A DNA stretch of 64,000 nt from Trichosphaerium sp. ATCC 40318. Taxonomy: Eukaryota > Protista > Tubulinea. Below, piece after piece: positions 62,595 to 64,000 of this stretch. The stretch spans positions 248,001 to 312,000 of the forward strand of contig JALMLS010000143.1 in assembly GCA_038496445.1 (NCBI GenBank), given 5' to 3'. The notes under the pieces were generated by a model. It ran no database searches. It saw only the letters and a program-made list of their open reading frames with translations, and had not been told where the DNA came from. The position numbers and the translations under genes are program-made. Each line of letters starts with the position of its first letter. Position 1 is the stretch's first letter.

Positions 62595-64000
62595 ATGTAT
62601 TTGTTGGCGGTGATAGTCGTTACTGCTTTAATCCTCGTAAACCTCCTTTGGATACGCCGTATAAAGGTAACTAGTCTGAAGTTTGTTAAAAACCACTTTA
62701 ATCATATCTACAGATTCGATCAAACGCGCCAGGTGCGTCAAAATAGCTGTAGAAATTAAAAAGTTCGTTGTACAAATACAACTCACGTGAGACGCCAAAA
62801 AAGGCGTTATTAGGCAATTGAATATTGCTTCACGGTGCAGTTTGCTTTCTCAGATACAACGACAGGTGAAACTGCGAAAATTTTTAACTGTCTTCAACAG
62901 GGCCTTTTATTCCAATCGCTTTCTTTGGACCTTTATTTCATGAGTTATTTTTCTGGTGGTATGACTCTGCATCATTTATGACGAAGAGGAAGACTAATTT
63001 TCGTGTAGGTCATACAAAAATGAAGGACCATACGAACTTGCTATGAGATGGACGAAACAGGCAAGTCTCAACTTGATATTTTGGCTATTTTACTTATACA
63101 AACAAAGTATGGTCAAACTTTTCTTGTAAATGGAGCCACACAAGACAGCATGATGATCGTAGCTGACCCTGACTGCATCCGTCACATACTAAAGGACAAC
63201 TTCAAGAATTACATCAAAGGTAGTAATTTTTTGGCTTAGATCGTCATGATTACTTGATTAATTGATGTTGATCAAGGTCATCATTTCACATCTTCTATGA
63301 AAATATTCCTTGGTGAGGGTATATTCAACGTTAATCATGGTCTATGGCGTCAACAGCGCAAGACAGCAAGTCACTTATTCAAAACAAGAGAAATTCGAAA
63401 AATGTTTGAAATCTTTCATCAAAATGGAAACAAGGTAGACTATCTCGCAATGTGCACCTCACTAAATATTATACTTGAATAGGTTATGGCCATTCTAGAT
63501 AAGAGTGCTACAAGTGCTGAAACGGTCAATATTTCAGAATTGTTGTCTCGCTTCACTTTAGACTCCATAGGCGAAATTGCATTTGGTGTCCAATTGGTAA
63601 CAATCGTAGTACCTTTGTTTTTGTTTAATGATGTATTTCTAGGATAGCTTAAAACCAGGTACACTGCCAAACTTTGCTGTAGCTTTCAACGAAGCGACCA
63701 GGCTATGTGGAGAGTTATGGGTATCTCCTGTATTTATGGTATGAAATATTGAAAGTAACTTTGGCATTCATACAATCTTTTTCAGATGACAGGAACAGGA
63801 TGGTTGTCCGATTATTTGGTACCAGAAGTTCCAATAATAAAGAAGCACATGGCTGTACTTGATCAAACAGTATATAGAATTATTGAAGAGCGTAAACACG
63901 CTAAAGATATTGATCAACGAAGTGTGAGTTTTTTCGTTTGAAGGATCCCTCTAAAACCACGTGATAATACCAATAATATTTTCGCGGATGTTTATTGGTA
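62595..64000 (+). CDS. Cytochrome P450 (CYP86/CYP704-like), 5' part; runs off the window end
   Basis: N-terminal anchor; VADPDCIRHILKDNFKNYIKG, FLGEGIFNVNHGLWRQQRKTASHLF (WxxxR), RFTLDSIGEIAFG. Confidence 0.92.

Overview
Eukaryotic nuclear DNA, AT-rich (roughly 35% GC by eye), with dense short spliceosomal introns (mostly GT-AG, often GTAC donors, CTAAC/CTAAT-like branch points) and the standard code (TAA, TAG and TGA all end genes). The gene content suggests a free-living amoeboid protist, possibly an amoebozoan; this is inference only. The ORF track mostly shows exon fragments, so gene models were rebuilt by hand and their ends are approximate. Recognisable genes: RNase Z (partial), NRAMP, SDR16C-like dehydrogenase, family I pyrophosphatase, CLU-domain protein, RBX1-like RING, 2OG-Fe(II) oxygenase, two S53 peptidases, tRNA-Pro(TGG), Kelch-BTB protein, nucleotide-sugar transporter and a P450 (partial). 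The accessory layer has F-box+MORN-variant and F-box+LRR genes and relics, two MITE families and a rearrangement-rich zone (about 32-58 kb). That zone holds a 3.2 kb inverted duplication, a 3.1 kb inversion that splits two genes, and an inverted copy broken inside the tRNA. Best leads: (1) a spliced linker histone H1 fused to a WWE domain; (2) a pyrophosphatase with a putative signal peptide and C-terminal HNEL; (3) about 50 CACGTG palindromes where about 6 are expected; (4) a protein with six tandem RBD-like domains. No database search was possible, so novelty is unverified.
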